The notes under the pieces were generated by a model. The model saw only the letters and a list, made by a program, of their open reading frames with translations, had not been told where the DNA came from and made no database searches. Both the position numbers and the translations under genes were made by a program. 64,000 bases of DNA from a virus: positions 46,907 through 110,906 of the IMG/VR virus record IMGVR_UViG_3300034069_002177; one strand, written 5' to 3'. Below, in pieces: positions 37,385 to 47,259 of the stretch; position 1 is the stretch's first letter, and every line of letters begins with the position of its first letter.

Positions 37385-38587
37385 ATGAGTAACGAATTAG
37401 GATTCCCAATCGAGATGATTGGTACCAAGGCTCCGGTCCGAATGTGGGCTAATGAGTGGGAAGTAGAGCATGATGCGTTGAAGCAGCTACGGAATATTGC
37501 TTCGATGCCTTGGGTTCACGGCGTCCGTGTGATGCCTGACGTGCATGTCGGCAAGGGCGCTACCGTTGGTTCGGTTATCGCTATGAAGCAAGCCGTATCT
37601 CCCAATGCTGTTGGTGTTGATATTGGCTGTGGAGTTGTAGCCGTTCGCACGAGCTTGCGCGAAGAAGATTTAGAGCGTTTGCCTCAGTTACGTGCGGCTA
37701 TTGAGAACTCCATCCCTGTCGGTTTCCGTGGACATGACCGTGATGTGAATGTCCGCCAGCTTGGTCTTGAACGAGGCTGGGATAACTTCTGGGGCGACTA
37801 CAAGAATTTGCACAAGGATGCCGATGCTATTGAGGGTAGAGCGCACTCTCAAATGGGTACATTAGGTGGCGGTAATCACTTCATCGAACTCTGTGTAGAC
37901 GAAGCCGGTGATGTGTGGCTAACGCTGCACTCCGGTTCTCGTAACATCGGCAAGTCACTTGCGGAACGTCACATCGACATTGCGCAGAAGCTTGCTCACA
38001 ATGACGGCTTGGTTGACCGAGACCTGGCGGTGTTCTTATCGGGTACGCCCGAAATGGATGCTTACCGTCACGACTTGATGTGGGCTCAGGAGTATGCGCT
38101 ACGTTCTCGCTCGATCATGATGGCGCTGTTCCGCAAGGCACTTCGTGATCACTACGGTGACAGCAAGACCGTCACCTTCGATGAAGAAATCAATGTGCAC
38201 CACAACTACGTCGCTGAGGAAATCATCGACGGCGAAGAGATGTTGGTTACCCGTAAGGGCGCTATTCGCGCAGGTCTTGGCGATGTTGCATTGATTCCTG
38301 GTTCGATGGGTACCGGTTCGTATGTTGTTCGTGGTCTCGGAAACGATGCTTCGTTCCAGTCGGCATCTCACGGCGCTGGTCGTCGTATGAGCCGCAGCGC
38401 TGCAAAGCGGAAGTACACGGTCGAAGACTTGATTGCTCAGACAAAGGGTGTTGAGTCTCGTAAGGACCAGGGTGTTGTCGATGAGATTCCAGCGGCATAC
38501 AAGGATTTGAAGCATGTCATGGATTCGCAGTCGGACTTGGTAGAAATCGTTCAGCACCTACGAACGGTTCTCTGCGTCAAGGGCTAG
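37385..38587 (+). CDS. rtcB: RtcB RNA ligase
   Basis: MPDVHVGKG, VGVDIGCG, GTLGGGNHF, HSGSR, HHN, SHGAGR, DEIPAAYK, VKG. Confidence 0.97.
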   Translation: MSNELGFPIEMIGTKAPVRMWANEWEVEHDALKQLRNIASMPWVHGVRVMPDVHVGKGATVGSVIAMKQAVSPNAVGVDIGCGVVAVRTSLREEDLERLPQLRAAIENSIPVGFRGHDRDVNVRQLGLERGWDNFWGDYKNLHKDADAIEGRAHSQMGTLGGGNHFIELCVDEAGDVWLTLHSGSRNIGKSLAERHIDIAQKLAHNDGLVDRDLAVFLSGTPEMDAYRHDLMWAQEYALRSRSIMMALFRKALRDHYGDSKTVTFDEEINVHHNYVAEEIIDGEEMLVTRKGAIRAGLGDVALIPGSMGTGSYVVRGLGNDASFQSASHGAGRRMSRSAAKRKYTVEDLIAQTKGVESRKDQGVVDEIPAAYKDLKHVMDSQSDLVEIVQHLRTVLCVKG

Positions 38588-38644
38588 ACGGTATTGCTCA
38601 GAAGAGAGGCTCGAAAGGGTCTCTCTTCTTTGCGTAACCGCCTA

Positions 38645-38666
38645 TGTCGGATGACTGCGTTAGACT
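38645..38666 (+). promoter_or_regulatory. PafBC/RecA-NDp-like promoter
   Basis: TGTCGG-N10-TAGACT. Confidence 0.7.
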
Positions 38667-38686
38667 TGTATCAACAAAGGAGATTC

Positions 38687-39295
38687 ATGTCCGACCGCTC
38701 TCACCTCATTCGTGACACTACCGTCGATGTCAATGGACACCCTAAAACGGTGTATCGCAAACCGGGCGACCCCGCGCCAACGAACAACAGCCGCTCCGGT
38801 GGTATCGGCGCTCCGATTTCTTCACGACTTGTCAAGGTGGTTCCTGACCACTCGCAAGAGTTCCCTATCGCGGCAGATAAGTTCGATTCTCGTTGGGCTG
38901 AAACTAATCGTGTGAAGTACGCTGATGATTACATCAACGAATTCCAAGCGTGGAATGGCTGGAACGATTACAACCCAAACGGCACCCTCAACGCTCAGTC
39001 TGGTGATGATGGCATACTCTACTTCGTGGAGCCTCATACTGGCGATTTGGTTCTCACTGGTACGCCTGGTGAATTTTACATTGCAGCCATTTCATCGCCA
39101 CCAGTTGTCGAGCCCATCGAGTCCGGCTACAAGATCACGTACGTATCAACCGATTATGCAGAGGATGACAACCACCTCACCACCTTCAATATTGACGCTA
39201 AGGGTGACTACACCGGAGAACCGGGTACGCTCGACACGTTCGGTAGTAACCTTGATGCAGAAAGCGCTCTCGGTGTTCTGCGTGGAGAGAACTAA
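38687..39295 (+). CDS. hypothetical protein with DVNG leader
   Basis: AAGGAG RBS; TVDVNGHPKTVYRK. Confidence 0.8.
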   Translation: MSDRSHLIRDTTVDVNGHPKTVYRKPGDPAPTNNSRSGGIGAPISSRLVKVVPDHSQEFPIAADKFDSRWAETNRVKYADDYINEFQAWNGWNDYNPNGTLNAQSGDDGILYFVEPHTGDLVLTGTPGEFYIAAISSPPVVEPIESGYKITYVSTDYAEDDNHLTTFNIDAKGDYTGEPGTLDTFGSNLDAESALGVLRGEN

Positions 39296-39410
39296 ACACA
39301 TTTGATTGTGCTGAGAAGGGAAGTCTTTTACGGCTTCCCTTCTTGCATTTAACGGTCTCGTATGACTCGGGATGCTAACCTCTGTGTAGTCAAAACGAGA
39401 GGCTCCTAGC

Positions 39411-40055
39411 GTGAGTATTGTCCAGAATCCCAAGTCCGATGTCACAGAAGACAACATTCAACTCACGGGTAAGAATGCCCTTTTGGCTTGGAACCGTATT
39501 TCGACTGTACTTGCCGAGCATGGGGTCGATGATTCCACCGCTATTTCCAAGGCGGTCGCAAGGCGTCTAGTCGAGGACCACATCGTAGAAGGAGATTTTT
39601 TCACACCCGGCTTGACTCATAACAGCAGCATTCGTGTTCGCAAGCTTGTGGATAATGCAGTTGTTCCTCATTTTGCTCACGTCACCGATGCCGGTGCTGA
39701 CCTCATCAGCGTAGAAGATGTCGTGATTCCCGCTGGCGGACACAAGATGGTAGGTACTGGTATCGCTATCGAAATTCCTCTCGGTCGCGTTGGTCTTGTC
39801 CACCCTCGTTCCGGTCTTGCTGCGAAGCATGGCATCACCGTCTTGAACACCCCTGGCACTATTGACTCCGGTTACCGTGGTGAAGTCAAGGTAATCCTCT
39901 ACAACAGCACGAAAGAGGATTACGAAGTTGCTGTAGGTGACCGTATTGCTCAGTTGGTTATCCAAGAGCATGATTACCCGTTGTTCATCGAGGTCGAAGA
40001 TCTCGCAACTTCCGACCGTGGTGAAAACGGTATCGGGTCCACAGGAAAGAACTGA
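39411..40055 (+). CDS. dut: dUTPase with N-terminal extension
   Basis: AGADL, PRSGLA, GTIDSGYRGE, DRIAQL, RGENGIGSTG. Confidence 0.95.
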   Translation: MSIVQNPKSDVTEDNIQLTGKNALLAWNRISTVLAEHGVDDSTAISKAVARRLVEDHIVEGDFFTPGLTHNSSIRVRKLVDNAVVPHFAHVTDAGADLISVEDVVIPAGGHKMVGTGIAIEIPLGRVGLVHPRSGLAAKHGITVLNTPGTIDSGYRGEVKVILYNSTKEDYEVAVGDRIAQLVIQEHDYPLFIEVEDLATSDRGENGIGSTGKN

Positions 40056-40060
40056 ACCAG

Positions 40061-40534
40061 ATGAAGAAAATCTTTGCCGTATCGGCATTGGTAATGACCA
40101 TTGGGCTGACGCTCGTTGGTTGTACTAACGCGAGCACAAACGGTGGCGGTACAGATGGTGTTCTTGCGCCGACGACCAAAGGTGATGATGTCACTATCAG
40201 TCAGCTAAGCCAGGCAGAGACCGATAAACTTGTCGATGCTTCTGGTTCGAACTTCAGTGATTTCACGCCGGTTGCAAAGGGCAACAAGGTTACTTTTATT
40301 ACGGTCGGTAGCAAGACGTGCAAGGAGACTCCTATTGCTGCCAAGGCAGAGAGCGATGCTACCAAGATCGCATTCAAGGTCTACGACCAGAAGACGACCT
40401 GTTCCAATGATTTCGGCACTTACGGTTGGACCATCACATTCAAGAACACCACTCCTTTCGCTGGTGCTCCCTTCCTTCGTTGTGAGGGTGACAAATGCTA
40501 TAGCGATACCACAAACGACACCAAGGCTTGGTAA
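40061..40534 (+). CDS. putative lipoprotein
   Basis: LVGC lipobox. Confidence 0.8.
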   Translation: MKKIFAVSALVMTIGLTLVGCTNASTNGGGTDGVLAPTTKGDDVTISQLSQAETDKLVDASGSNFSDFTPVAKGNKVTFITVGSKTCKETPIAAKAESDATKIAFKVYDQKTTCSNDFGTYGWTITFKNTTPFAGAPFLRCEGDKCYSDTTNDTKAW

Positions 40535-40537
40535 CGA

Positions 40538-42169
40538 GTGAGTGATGGTGATTTCTCCGGTTTTGGTGCCGGGGTAGACAACAACGATAATTCGAAGAGG
40601 TCTTGGTATGACGGATTATCGCCAGAGGAACGTGCGCGTTATCAGGTAGAGGCTCAGAAGAAGCTACAGAACAGCAATCCGTCTTCTCGACCTCCTGTGC
40701 AACCAGTACGTCCGGTTCAGCCGGTTCGCCCTGTGCAGCCGGTTCGCCCTGTGCAGCCCATACGACCCGTCAACCCCACGCAGCAGCAAGTACCCGTATC
40801 TCGGGCTCGGTCGGCTCAGCCAGCCCCACAGCGCCCTGCGGCACCGGTTCAGGCAACCTCATACACATCTTCGCCGCCACCCACTCCGCAGCGTTCTTTA
40901 CCCCCGGAAGCACCCTCAACACCTACTTCTTTTCTAAGCCCTTCTTCGACTCAGCAGCCTTCGGGAGATATTCAGCCGCCGCCGCCTGACCCGTATCGCT
41001 ATCTTCAGGCGGCACCTCAATCCTTCGAGGATCAGTCGCCGCCTTCGACTCCTAGGAATCCTTCATATCTTGATGACTTTGATGGCTTAGATAGACAACA
41101 GCCGGTTCCTCCTATCGATCCTGCCGTTTTGCTGGATCCTTATGGTCGGGCTGCGATAACTCCACCCGAATTCCGCCCCTCTCCCCAAGGTCAACCTGTT
41201 CCAGAATATCGCAACTATACGGAACCAACTCCCGGACAAACCCAGTATCGCCCCGCATTCAATCCGGTACCAAATTTCGCTCAGCAAGGACCGACATACG
41301 CCCCACGCCCGCCTAGGCGTCGCAAAAAGTCTTTCATCCCCTTTACAATCGTCGCGGCATTTCTCGCGTTTGCCTTGGGAGCGGGAATCCCGTTAATTGG
41401 TCAGTACAGTGGTTCTGTGCAACAGTCAATAACTAACGCCGCCCCGAGTTCTCATGTAGGGACGGATGGCTCTATTGCCACTGTTACCGATCTCTCTACG
41501 ACGTTGGCTGCGTCTGAGCAGATTCTCAAAGGGTCTGATGGTGTCAAGTCAGCCGCCGATTTAAAGGCAAAGATAGCGACCGCCACAAAGGTTGTAGCAG
41601 ATAGCAAAAGCACCCCGGCAGAGCTTGGAAAGGCTCAGAACGAACTTGCTACAGTGACTGCCGATGTACGCCAGGAAGTACGCGTAGTTCAAGTGAATAC
41701 TTACTCGGCAGCAGTAAAGACTAAACTTGCCAATGGCGAATTCCACCAAGGTGCTACTCGTAAAGACGATGTTCGCAACATGCTCGATACCCTCGGTGGT
41801 CAGGACATCGGGGTTATCTATGTTGACAGCCCTTGTGGTCTCACTAACGCCGCAGGTTGTGTCAAGAGCGAAGATCCTTCTGTCATGTACATCTCTCCCA
41901 AGATTTTGAACAAGGCTTACTACCAGGACTACATGTTGTTGCAGACTGTTGCCCACGAATACGGACATACTGTTCACTTCCGTACAGGCTACTACCGTGT
42001 TTTCAATAACCCCGAAGTCAAGGCAGCTTTCGGCAAAGACCCAGAACATATTGCTGACTGCATGTCTCAGGACATTACGGGAGTGGTATTTACGACCTAT
42101 GGTTACACATGTGACGCTTCGCAACTCGCTGCTGCGAGAAAAATCTGGAATGATGACCTCGCATCTTGA
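40538..42169 (+). CDS. Pro-rich membrane protein with C-terminal HExxH metallopeptidase-like domain
   Basis: PVQPVR repeats, TM helix, VAHEYGH..E..ADC. Confidence 0.75.
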   Translation: MSDGDFSGFGAGVDNNDNSKRSWYDGLSPEERARYQVEAQKKLQNSNPSSRPPVQPVRPVQPVRPVQPVRPVQPIRPVNPTQQQVPVSRARSAQPAPQRPAAPVQATSYTSSPPPTPQRSLPPEAPSTPTSFLSPSSTQQPSGDIQPPPPDPYRYLQAAPQSFEDQSPPSTPRNPSYLDDFDGLDRQQPVPPIDPAVLLDPYGRAAITPPEFRPSPQGQPVPEYRNYTEPTPGQTQYRPAFNPVPNFAQQGPTYAPRPPRRRKKSFIPFTIVAAFLAFALGAGIPLIGQYSGSVQQSITNAAPSSHVGTDGSIATVTDLSTTLAASEQILKGSDGVKSAADLKAKIATATKVVADSKSTPAELGKAQNELATVTADVRQEVRVVQVNTYSAAVKTKLANGEFHQGATRKDDVRNMLDTLGGQDIGVIYVDSPCGLTNAAGCVKSEDPSVMYISPKILNKAYYQDYMLLQTVAHEYGHTVHFRTGYYRVFNNPEVKAAFGKDPEHIADCMSQDITGVVFTTYGYTCDASQLAAARKIWNDDLAS

Positions 42170-42236
42170 CGTAGATCAATTTGTCTGGTAGATTAGGTCT
42201 GATCGGACAAAGTGTTCGGGACAAGCTAGTTGAGAG

Positions 42237-43157
42237 ATGAATGACAACCTACGCCGATATGACCTAATCCAAATCCACTTCGATACCCGTACCATCAGCG
42301 GCAGTAAACCATTGTGCTACCTCGTAGCTGCCGTTGGGGACGGCTCTGGTGAATTTGAAGTCATAACCGATGAATTTGAACCCCGTGAGAATGCTCATGG
42401 GGAGCTTGCCGCGCGCATCGTCGATACCTGCATGAAGGTTGCTTCCAATAACCCACAGGCTCCGATTGAAGCCTTGGTTTACAATTCCGGTCCACGCAAG
42501 AACATCTTGGCTATCGGAAGCGAATTCGGTCATGTGCGTTTCGCGCTACAGTCGGAGTTGAACAAGTCAAGTGCAGGCGGTCAGATAGTTACCGAAAAGA
42601 CTCATAGTTGGGTAGTGGGTACCCCTGAGGTCGTTCAGGAAGATAGCGGTTCTGAACCAATGACTTTTGTGGCAACAGATGGAAGTCTGAACAAGTTCTA
42701 CGCTGGTGGTTCCTACGGCTGGATTTCCTCTGACGGAGAGTTCGGTTACGGCGGTGTCGTACGTGGTGAAAGTTCACTTATCTGTGAACTTATTGCCATC
42801 AAAGAAATGCTTTCTTCGATGAAGCGAGACAATGTAAGGGTTCTGGTTGACAACCGATTAGCTATCAAGATTTCACGCGAGCCTGATTCGATGGGTGACA
42901 GCAAGCTTGTGAGCAAGCGTGCGCTTACGTTGGCTCGTAGCATCGCAGACCTAGTAAAGAAACGCAAGAATGTCGAGTTCCGTTGGATTAAGGGGCACAG
43001 CGGACATCCTTTGAATGAGGGTGCCGACCGTTTGGCGCGCAACGCTAGACTTGCTCAGTCATTCGATCAAGACAGCACGACAGTGAGCCAAATCGCACAG
43101 ACCATTGCTGATGATATTACTGAGGAATACAACGCCTACGCCGAAACAGTACGCTGA
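42237..43157 (+). CDS. RNase H family protein
   Basis: VATDGS, CELIAI, VDN, WIKGHSGHPLNEGADRLA. Confidence 0.9.
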   Translation: MNDNLRRYDLIQIHFDTRTISGSKPLCYLVAAVGDGSGEFEVITDEFEPRENAHGELAARIVDTCMKVASNNPQAPIEALVYNSGPRKNILAIGSEFGHVRFALQSELNKSSAGGQIVTEKTHSWVVGTPEVVQEDSGSEPMTFVATDGSLNKFYAGGSYGWISSDGEFGYGGVVRGESSLICELIAIKEMLSSMKRDNVRVLVDNRLAIKISREPDSMGDSKLVSKRALTLARSIADLVKKRKNVEFRWIKGHSGHPLNEGADRLARNARLAQSFDQDSTTVSQIAQTIADDITEEYNAYAETVR

Positions 43158-43210
43158 CAACTTTCTCGCTGCTATCATCTGACGACGCCGCAAGATAAGA
43201 ATGAGTGTGC

Positions 43211-43918
43211 ATGTCTTTCCCTCCCAATACGCCTGATGAGGCAAGGAGTTCCACCGCTGGGTTCTTTGCGAAACTTGTTATCTTCATCCTCGTTGTAACT
43301 GCTGCGTTTGTTGTTCCTTATGTCGTGGTGAAGCAAAACGAAGCAAAAGGGTCCACGAGTACCGTTTCGCCGGAAGCAGTACATGGAGGTACAGCCACCC
43401 CGCATCCAGCAGTAAACGATCCCGGAACGGTGAAGACAAGCGCGGGTACTCTGCCCGATGAGTTGACGTTCGTAGCTGGAGATTCGTTGCCTTCGTCTGC
43501 AACATTAGCACTGGCTTCTCCTTCTGAAGCGGGCTGGGATCTCATCAGTCAGACTAATGGCGTGAATACCTATAAGTACCGTGCGTTGGGGTGCACTATC
43601 ACTTCGCAAATAGTCTCGATGAAGTTCACAGCGACTGGCGAAGGAGCAAGTACAGAACTACTCACTAACGAATTGAAACAGACCGTTTCTAGCAGTGATG
43701 TGACGGTAGCCAACCTCGAATACAACTTCCAACCATTCGATACTCAGTTCGTTGGAGTGGGTACGAGCGATGGTGGACTTTTCAAATGGAATTACGGTCG
43801 TGCCTTCCCCACGATGAACAAGGGCGTTTATATCACTGCATCGTGCGGCACCAAGGATACGATGTTCCAAGCAGCGGATGAACTCCGCGCACAGTTCGGT
43901 GTATTGATTAAGGCGTAA
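43211..43918 (+). CDS. membrane-anchored hypothetical protein
   Basis: single N-terminal TM, polar extracellular domain. Confidence 0.7.
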   Translation: MSFPPNTPDEARSSTAGFFAKLVIFILVVTAAFVVPYVVVKQNEAKGSTSTVSPEAVHGGTATPHPAVNDPGTVKTSAGTLPDELTFVAGDSLPSSATLALASPSEAGWDLISQTNGVNTYKYRALGCTITSQIVSMKFTATGEGASTELLTNELKQTVSSSDVTVANLEYNFQPFDTQFVGVGTSDGGLFKWNYGRAFPTMNKGVYITASCGTKDTMFQAADELRAQFGVLIKA

Positions 43919-44534
43919 GACCGAAACGATCTGGTTGAAGAACTCGCACGAGGGCGTATTCCTTACCCCATCGGGTGAACAGCTTGCGCTTCCTGAGATC
44001 AGCGATGTAAGCGTCTCGTTGGAGCTTGCGACCTGTTTCTTCGCCAAGACCAATAAGGAACTCATCGAAATCAGGTTCCAATACTTGCATATGATCTGCG
44101 TCGTAAACAAATCTTGATGGGTAATACTCAGGAGCCTTTCGACGCTTGGCATAACGTGATTCTTCTATCATCGTGCCGATGTCTCGAATGAAGTCAGTGC
44201 GACGCTCACCCTCGATACGGGTGATGTGTTCCTGTGCACCCACGATAGCTAGCGGTCGGCTGATGTTGTCGTCAGGTGAGGTGTGGTTGTAGTCATGATA
44301 TAGAGCGGCTAAGGTTATCGCCAGCTTGTCGATAGTAGCGAAGCCGAACCACTCGGCACCTTCACTAGCGTATAGCGCTACGGTAATCCCATGCTGAGCA
44401 TTGTGGTACGGCTTGTTGGCTGTAGGATTGGTCTCCGTGATAGCGGTGAGATGAGCCTGCGGGTCAGCAGATTTGAGCCTTGTGAGTGTTTCGATAAGGC
44501 GTGAGATTCGACTTGCATTGACGGCTTGATCCAT
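43908..44534 (-). CDS. HD-domain phosphohydrolase
   Basis: PYHNAQH, ALYHDYNH, DAD. Confidence 0.85.
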   Translation of the reverse strand: MDQAVNASRISRLIETLTRLKSADPQAHLTAITETNPTANKPYHNAQHGITVALYASEGAEWFGFATIDKLAITLAALYHDYNHTSPDDNISRPLAIVGAQEHITRIEGERRTDFIRDIGTMIEESRYAKRRKAPEYYPSRFVYDADHMQVLEPDFDEFLIGLGEETGRKLQRDAYIADLRKRKLFTRWGKEYALVRVLQPDRFGLTP

Positions 44535-44551
44535 TGCCGAAGACTACCATC

Positions 44552-45295
44552 TCAGTCCGCAAACAAATCAAAAAGTTCTTTCGGAGCAATGTCAAGTTTG
44601 TTGGGAACATCATCGATATCTGAGATGAGCAGTCCATCAAGTTTCCGTTTGTATTCGACGATGGTCTTAGCCTTAGCCTTTTCGGCATCTGTTGCTTGTC
44701 GCCAGGACGACTCATACTTACTGGTCGGCTTCACGGGACGCTTAGTAGTCCATTTGGCATAGATGAGCTTTTTGTCGGTTTCGGCGCGAGTGTGTTGAGC
44801 CGTGAGTCCTCCTTTGTTGTGGACTTTGGTATTACCCTTCGTCTCACCGAGGTAGGTCCAATTGTCAGCCTTATAGAGTGCGCCCTTGCGAGTATCGTTC
44901 TCTACAACGAATGTCTCGAAGCCGATAACCTTGACACCGTAGATGTCCTCCCACAATTGCGCGCACACTTTGCGCCAGAGCGCTAGAACTCGCGTGGCAA
45001 GGTTCTTCTCATGAAACTCTAAACGAAAGACTGTGTTATTGATGATTGCCGGTAGGTAGTAGCTCTGTTTGATCTCTTTGTCTTTGGGAATGCCGAAGAA
45101 TGTATCTCTTGCACCTACGCCGTAGACCGATGATGCACCGGAGATGATACCTACGACTTTTCCGTTGTAGTGAATGATGAAGTGAAGTTGCTGACCGTGC
45201 GTACCGTTGTTTTCGACGTAATGACGATTGCGAATTTCTTGATAGCGCTCGTCAGTTCGCTTGACGCATTCGAGCGCGATTTCTTCATTACTCAC
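44552..45295 (-). CDS. DUF4338 (DruA/Mom-related) protein
   Basis: ARD..INNTVFRL, NLATRVL, FETFV, GALYKADNWTYLGETKG. Confidence 0.75.
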   Translation of the reverse strand: MSNEEIALECVKRTDERYQEIRNRHYVENNGTHGQQLHFIIHYNGKVVGIISGASSVYGVGARDTFFGIPKDKEIKQSYYLPAIINNTVFRLEFHEKNLATRVLALWRKVCAQLWEDIYGVKVIGFETFVVENDTRKGALYKADNWTYLGETKGNTKVHNKGGLTAQHTRAETDKKLIYAKWTTKRPVKPTSKYESSWRQATDAEKAKAKTIVEYKRKLDGLLISDIDDVPNKLDIAPKELFDLFAD

Positions 45296-45353
45296 TGGTA
45301 CTCCTTAGGCGAAGAAATAGTAGCACGACGCATCTTAAATCACCAGAGCGAGA

Positions 45354-45375
45354 TGTCGGAAGCATCATCTACAAT
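45354..45375 (+). promoter_or_regulatory. PafBC/RecA-NDp-like promoter
   Basis: TGTCGG-N10-TACAAT. Confidence 0.6.
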
Positions 45376-45539
45376 CGAGTTATGCGAGGAAACTACCGAT
45401 TACGCAAACGTTGTTCTGGCGTCCTTTATGGCTGTGCTTATTCTGCGCAGCCATTTGCATTTAACAACTTGACAACCCAATTGGAATGCAATAGTATTGC
45501 TGTTGACGTAAGTGTTACCAGCCAAAAACGAAAGGAGGG

Positions 45540-46073
45540 ATGGTCATGCGCGGAGTAATTGTTTTGAACGGGAACAACGAGCCACTTGGTGTCGTGTCTG
45601 TCCGTCGTGCGGTCGGCTATGTTGTGGCTGATCGAGTTGATATCATCGAGGACACCGATGACGACTTCTTCCGCTCTGCTGGAAACAAGCTCGTGAAGGT
45701 ACCTCGGGTAGTTCGCTTCAAGGACGCCGTGGATGTTCCTACACGGTTCAACGAAATGAACTGGTCTCGTACTAAGATGCTCGACCGCGACCTCTACACC
45801 TGTGGCTACTGCGGCAAGTGGGGTAACACCGTGGACCACATTATGCCTCAGTCTCGTGGCGGAAAGTACACCTGGATGAACACCATCACGGCGTGCCACA
45901 AGTGCAACAACCGCAAGGCTGACCGCACCCCTGAAGAGGCTGGTATGGAGCTTTTGTTCCAGCCCAAGCTTGTCTACCGAACCGACACTCTGCTGCTCGC
46001 TATGGCTGCGACAGGTGCCGACTTGGAGCGTTTGGGTTTTGACACCCCTACGCCTCGAATGGTGGAAGCCTAG
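45540..46073 (+). CDS. HNH endonuclease (paralogue of 36787..37284)
   Basis: VLNGNNEPL, RDLYTCGYCG, TVDHIMPQSRGG, ACHKCNNRK. Confidence 0.95.
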   Translation: MVMRGVIVLNGNNEPLGVVSVRRAVGYVVADRVDIIEDTDDDFFRSAGNKLVKVPRVVRFKDAVDVPTRFNEMNWSRTKMLDRDLYTCGYCGKWGNTVDHIMPQSRGGKYTWMNTITACHKCNNRKADRTPEEAGMELLFQPKLVYRTDTLLLAMAATGADLERLGFDTPTPRMVEA

Positions 46074-46188
46074 GAGGTTCCTGGCAACATAAGAAAGAGG
46101 TTGGGCTAATCGTCCAACCTCTTTCTGTTTCTCTGACGATGTGACTATACTGGCGAAGTAAGTGTTTGACAGAAACGAAAGGTATCTC

Positions 46189-46662
46189 ATGTCAGCAGTT
46201 GTAAGTACCCCCATCGTAGATAAGAACGGTAAGCAGACTACGGTCAAAAAGAAGGTTGGTGAGGCTCCCAAGCCTTTCGCCCGTCCTATCCCATTCCCTA
46301 TCTCACGACCACAGCAGGCATCGCCTGAGCAAAGAAACAAGGACGCAGTACGAGATCTTCTTACCCGCCTTTCGGTAGGAGACAGCAGCACCATCGCTGA
46401 CTCGGATGTCAAGGAAGTAAGCACGAGTATTTACTCGGTCACCAGCGGCAAGACCAAGTTCGTTGCATTCGACAACATTCAGGTCTCTGATGAAATCGTT
46501 TCCGGTATTGTCACCATTGACGACGGAAAAGTCGGTGGAAGCCTTTACCTCGGTAACGGTACCAGCAGCCAGACTGATTCGAGGGGTTACGCTCTTCGTT
46601 CTTCCAATGCCGCTGTTGAAACTCAGCTAGATGCAGCAAAGATTGCGTTGCCTTACCTCTAA
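46189..46662 (+). CDS. hypothetical protein with DKNG leader
   Basis: GAAAGG RBS; PIVDKNGKQTTVKKK. Confidence 0.8.
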   Translation: MSAVVSTPIVDKNGKQTTVKKKVGEAPKPFARPIPFPISRPQQASPEQRNKDAVRDLLTRLSVGDSSTIADSDVKEVSTSIYSVTSGKTKFVAFDNIQVSDEIVSGIVTIDDGKVGGSLYLGNGTSSQTDSRGYALRSSNAAVETQLDAAKIALPYL

Positions 46663-47192
46663 CGAGATTTGACTTCCAGCGAGAGTCGAAGTTCCTTCAT
46701 CACAGCGAAGAGAACATCGACTCTCGCTTCTTTTCTGCCCTCTTCGATCTCGGTTACTCGAATGATCGGCACCTTGATTTTGGTTGCAACCTGCTTTCGG
46801 GTGAGCTTACGAGTCTCTCGTTGACGTTGAATCACCGAGCCTAGTTGTTCGAAGCTCGTGACTCCGCGATGCAATGAAGTTTCTTCAACAGCAATAGGGG
46901 CATTGTGTCCGATGTGGAGGTTGTGACAGTAATCACAGCGGTATACATTTGAGGCTGGGTCGTCACGAAGCCTCTGCGGCACTTCTCCTTCGTATTTGAA
47001 ACGAGTTTTGAATCCCCACTGACCGTTCACGAGCCTTTTGCAACCGCGAGGTGCATCATCTACCTTATTGGACGGTGCGGGTACTTTGGCGCATCGATAC
47101 GAGCAATACATACCATCGACGACCGGAGTGCCATCCAAACCCTTGCGACAGTTCTTGCAGCGAGTACGGACGGGGTAAAGTGTTTCAGCCAT
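46659..47192 (-). CDS. Zn-finger + XRE-type HTH regulator
   Basis: CxxC, YCSYRC, YRCDYCHNLHIGH; C-terminal HTH. Confidence 0.8.
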   Translation of the reverse strand: MAETLYPVRTRCKNCRKGLDGTPVVDGMYCSYRCAKVPAPSNKVDDAPRGCKRLVNGQWGFKTRFKYEGEVPQRLRDDPASNVYRCDYCHNLHIGHNAPIAVEETSLHRGVTSFEQLGSVIQRQRETRKLTRKQVATKIKVPIIRVTEIEEGRKEARVDVLFAVMKELRLSLEVKSR

Positions 47193-47214
47193 GATGGAGA
47201 TACTACCATCTCGG

Positions 47215-47236
47215 TGTCGCCGCCTACGGCTATGAT
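47215..47236 (+). promoter_or_regulatory. PafBC/RecA-NDp-like promoter
   Basis: TGTCG-N11-TATGAT. Confidence 0.65.
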
Positions 47237-47259
47237 GGATACAGCCTTAAGGAGCAAAC

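Noticed and set aside
45438..46424. 328-aa minus-strand ORF
   Set aside because: Antisense to a clear HNH gene and a leader gene.
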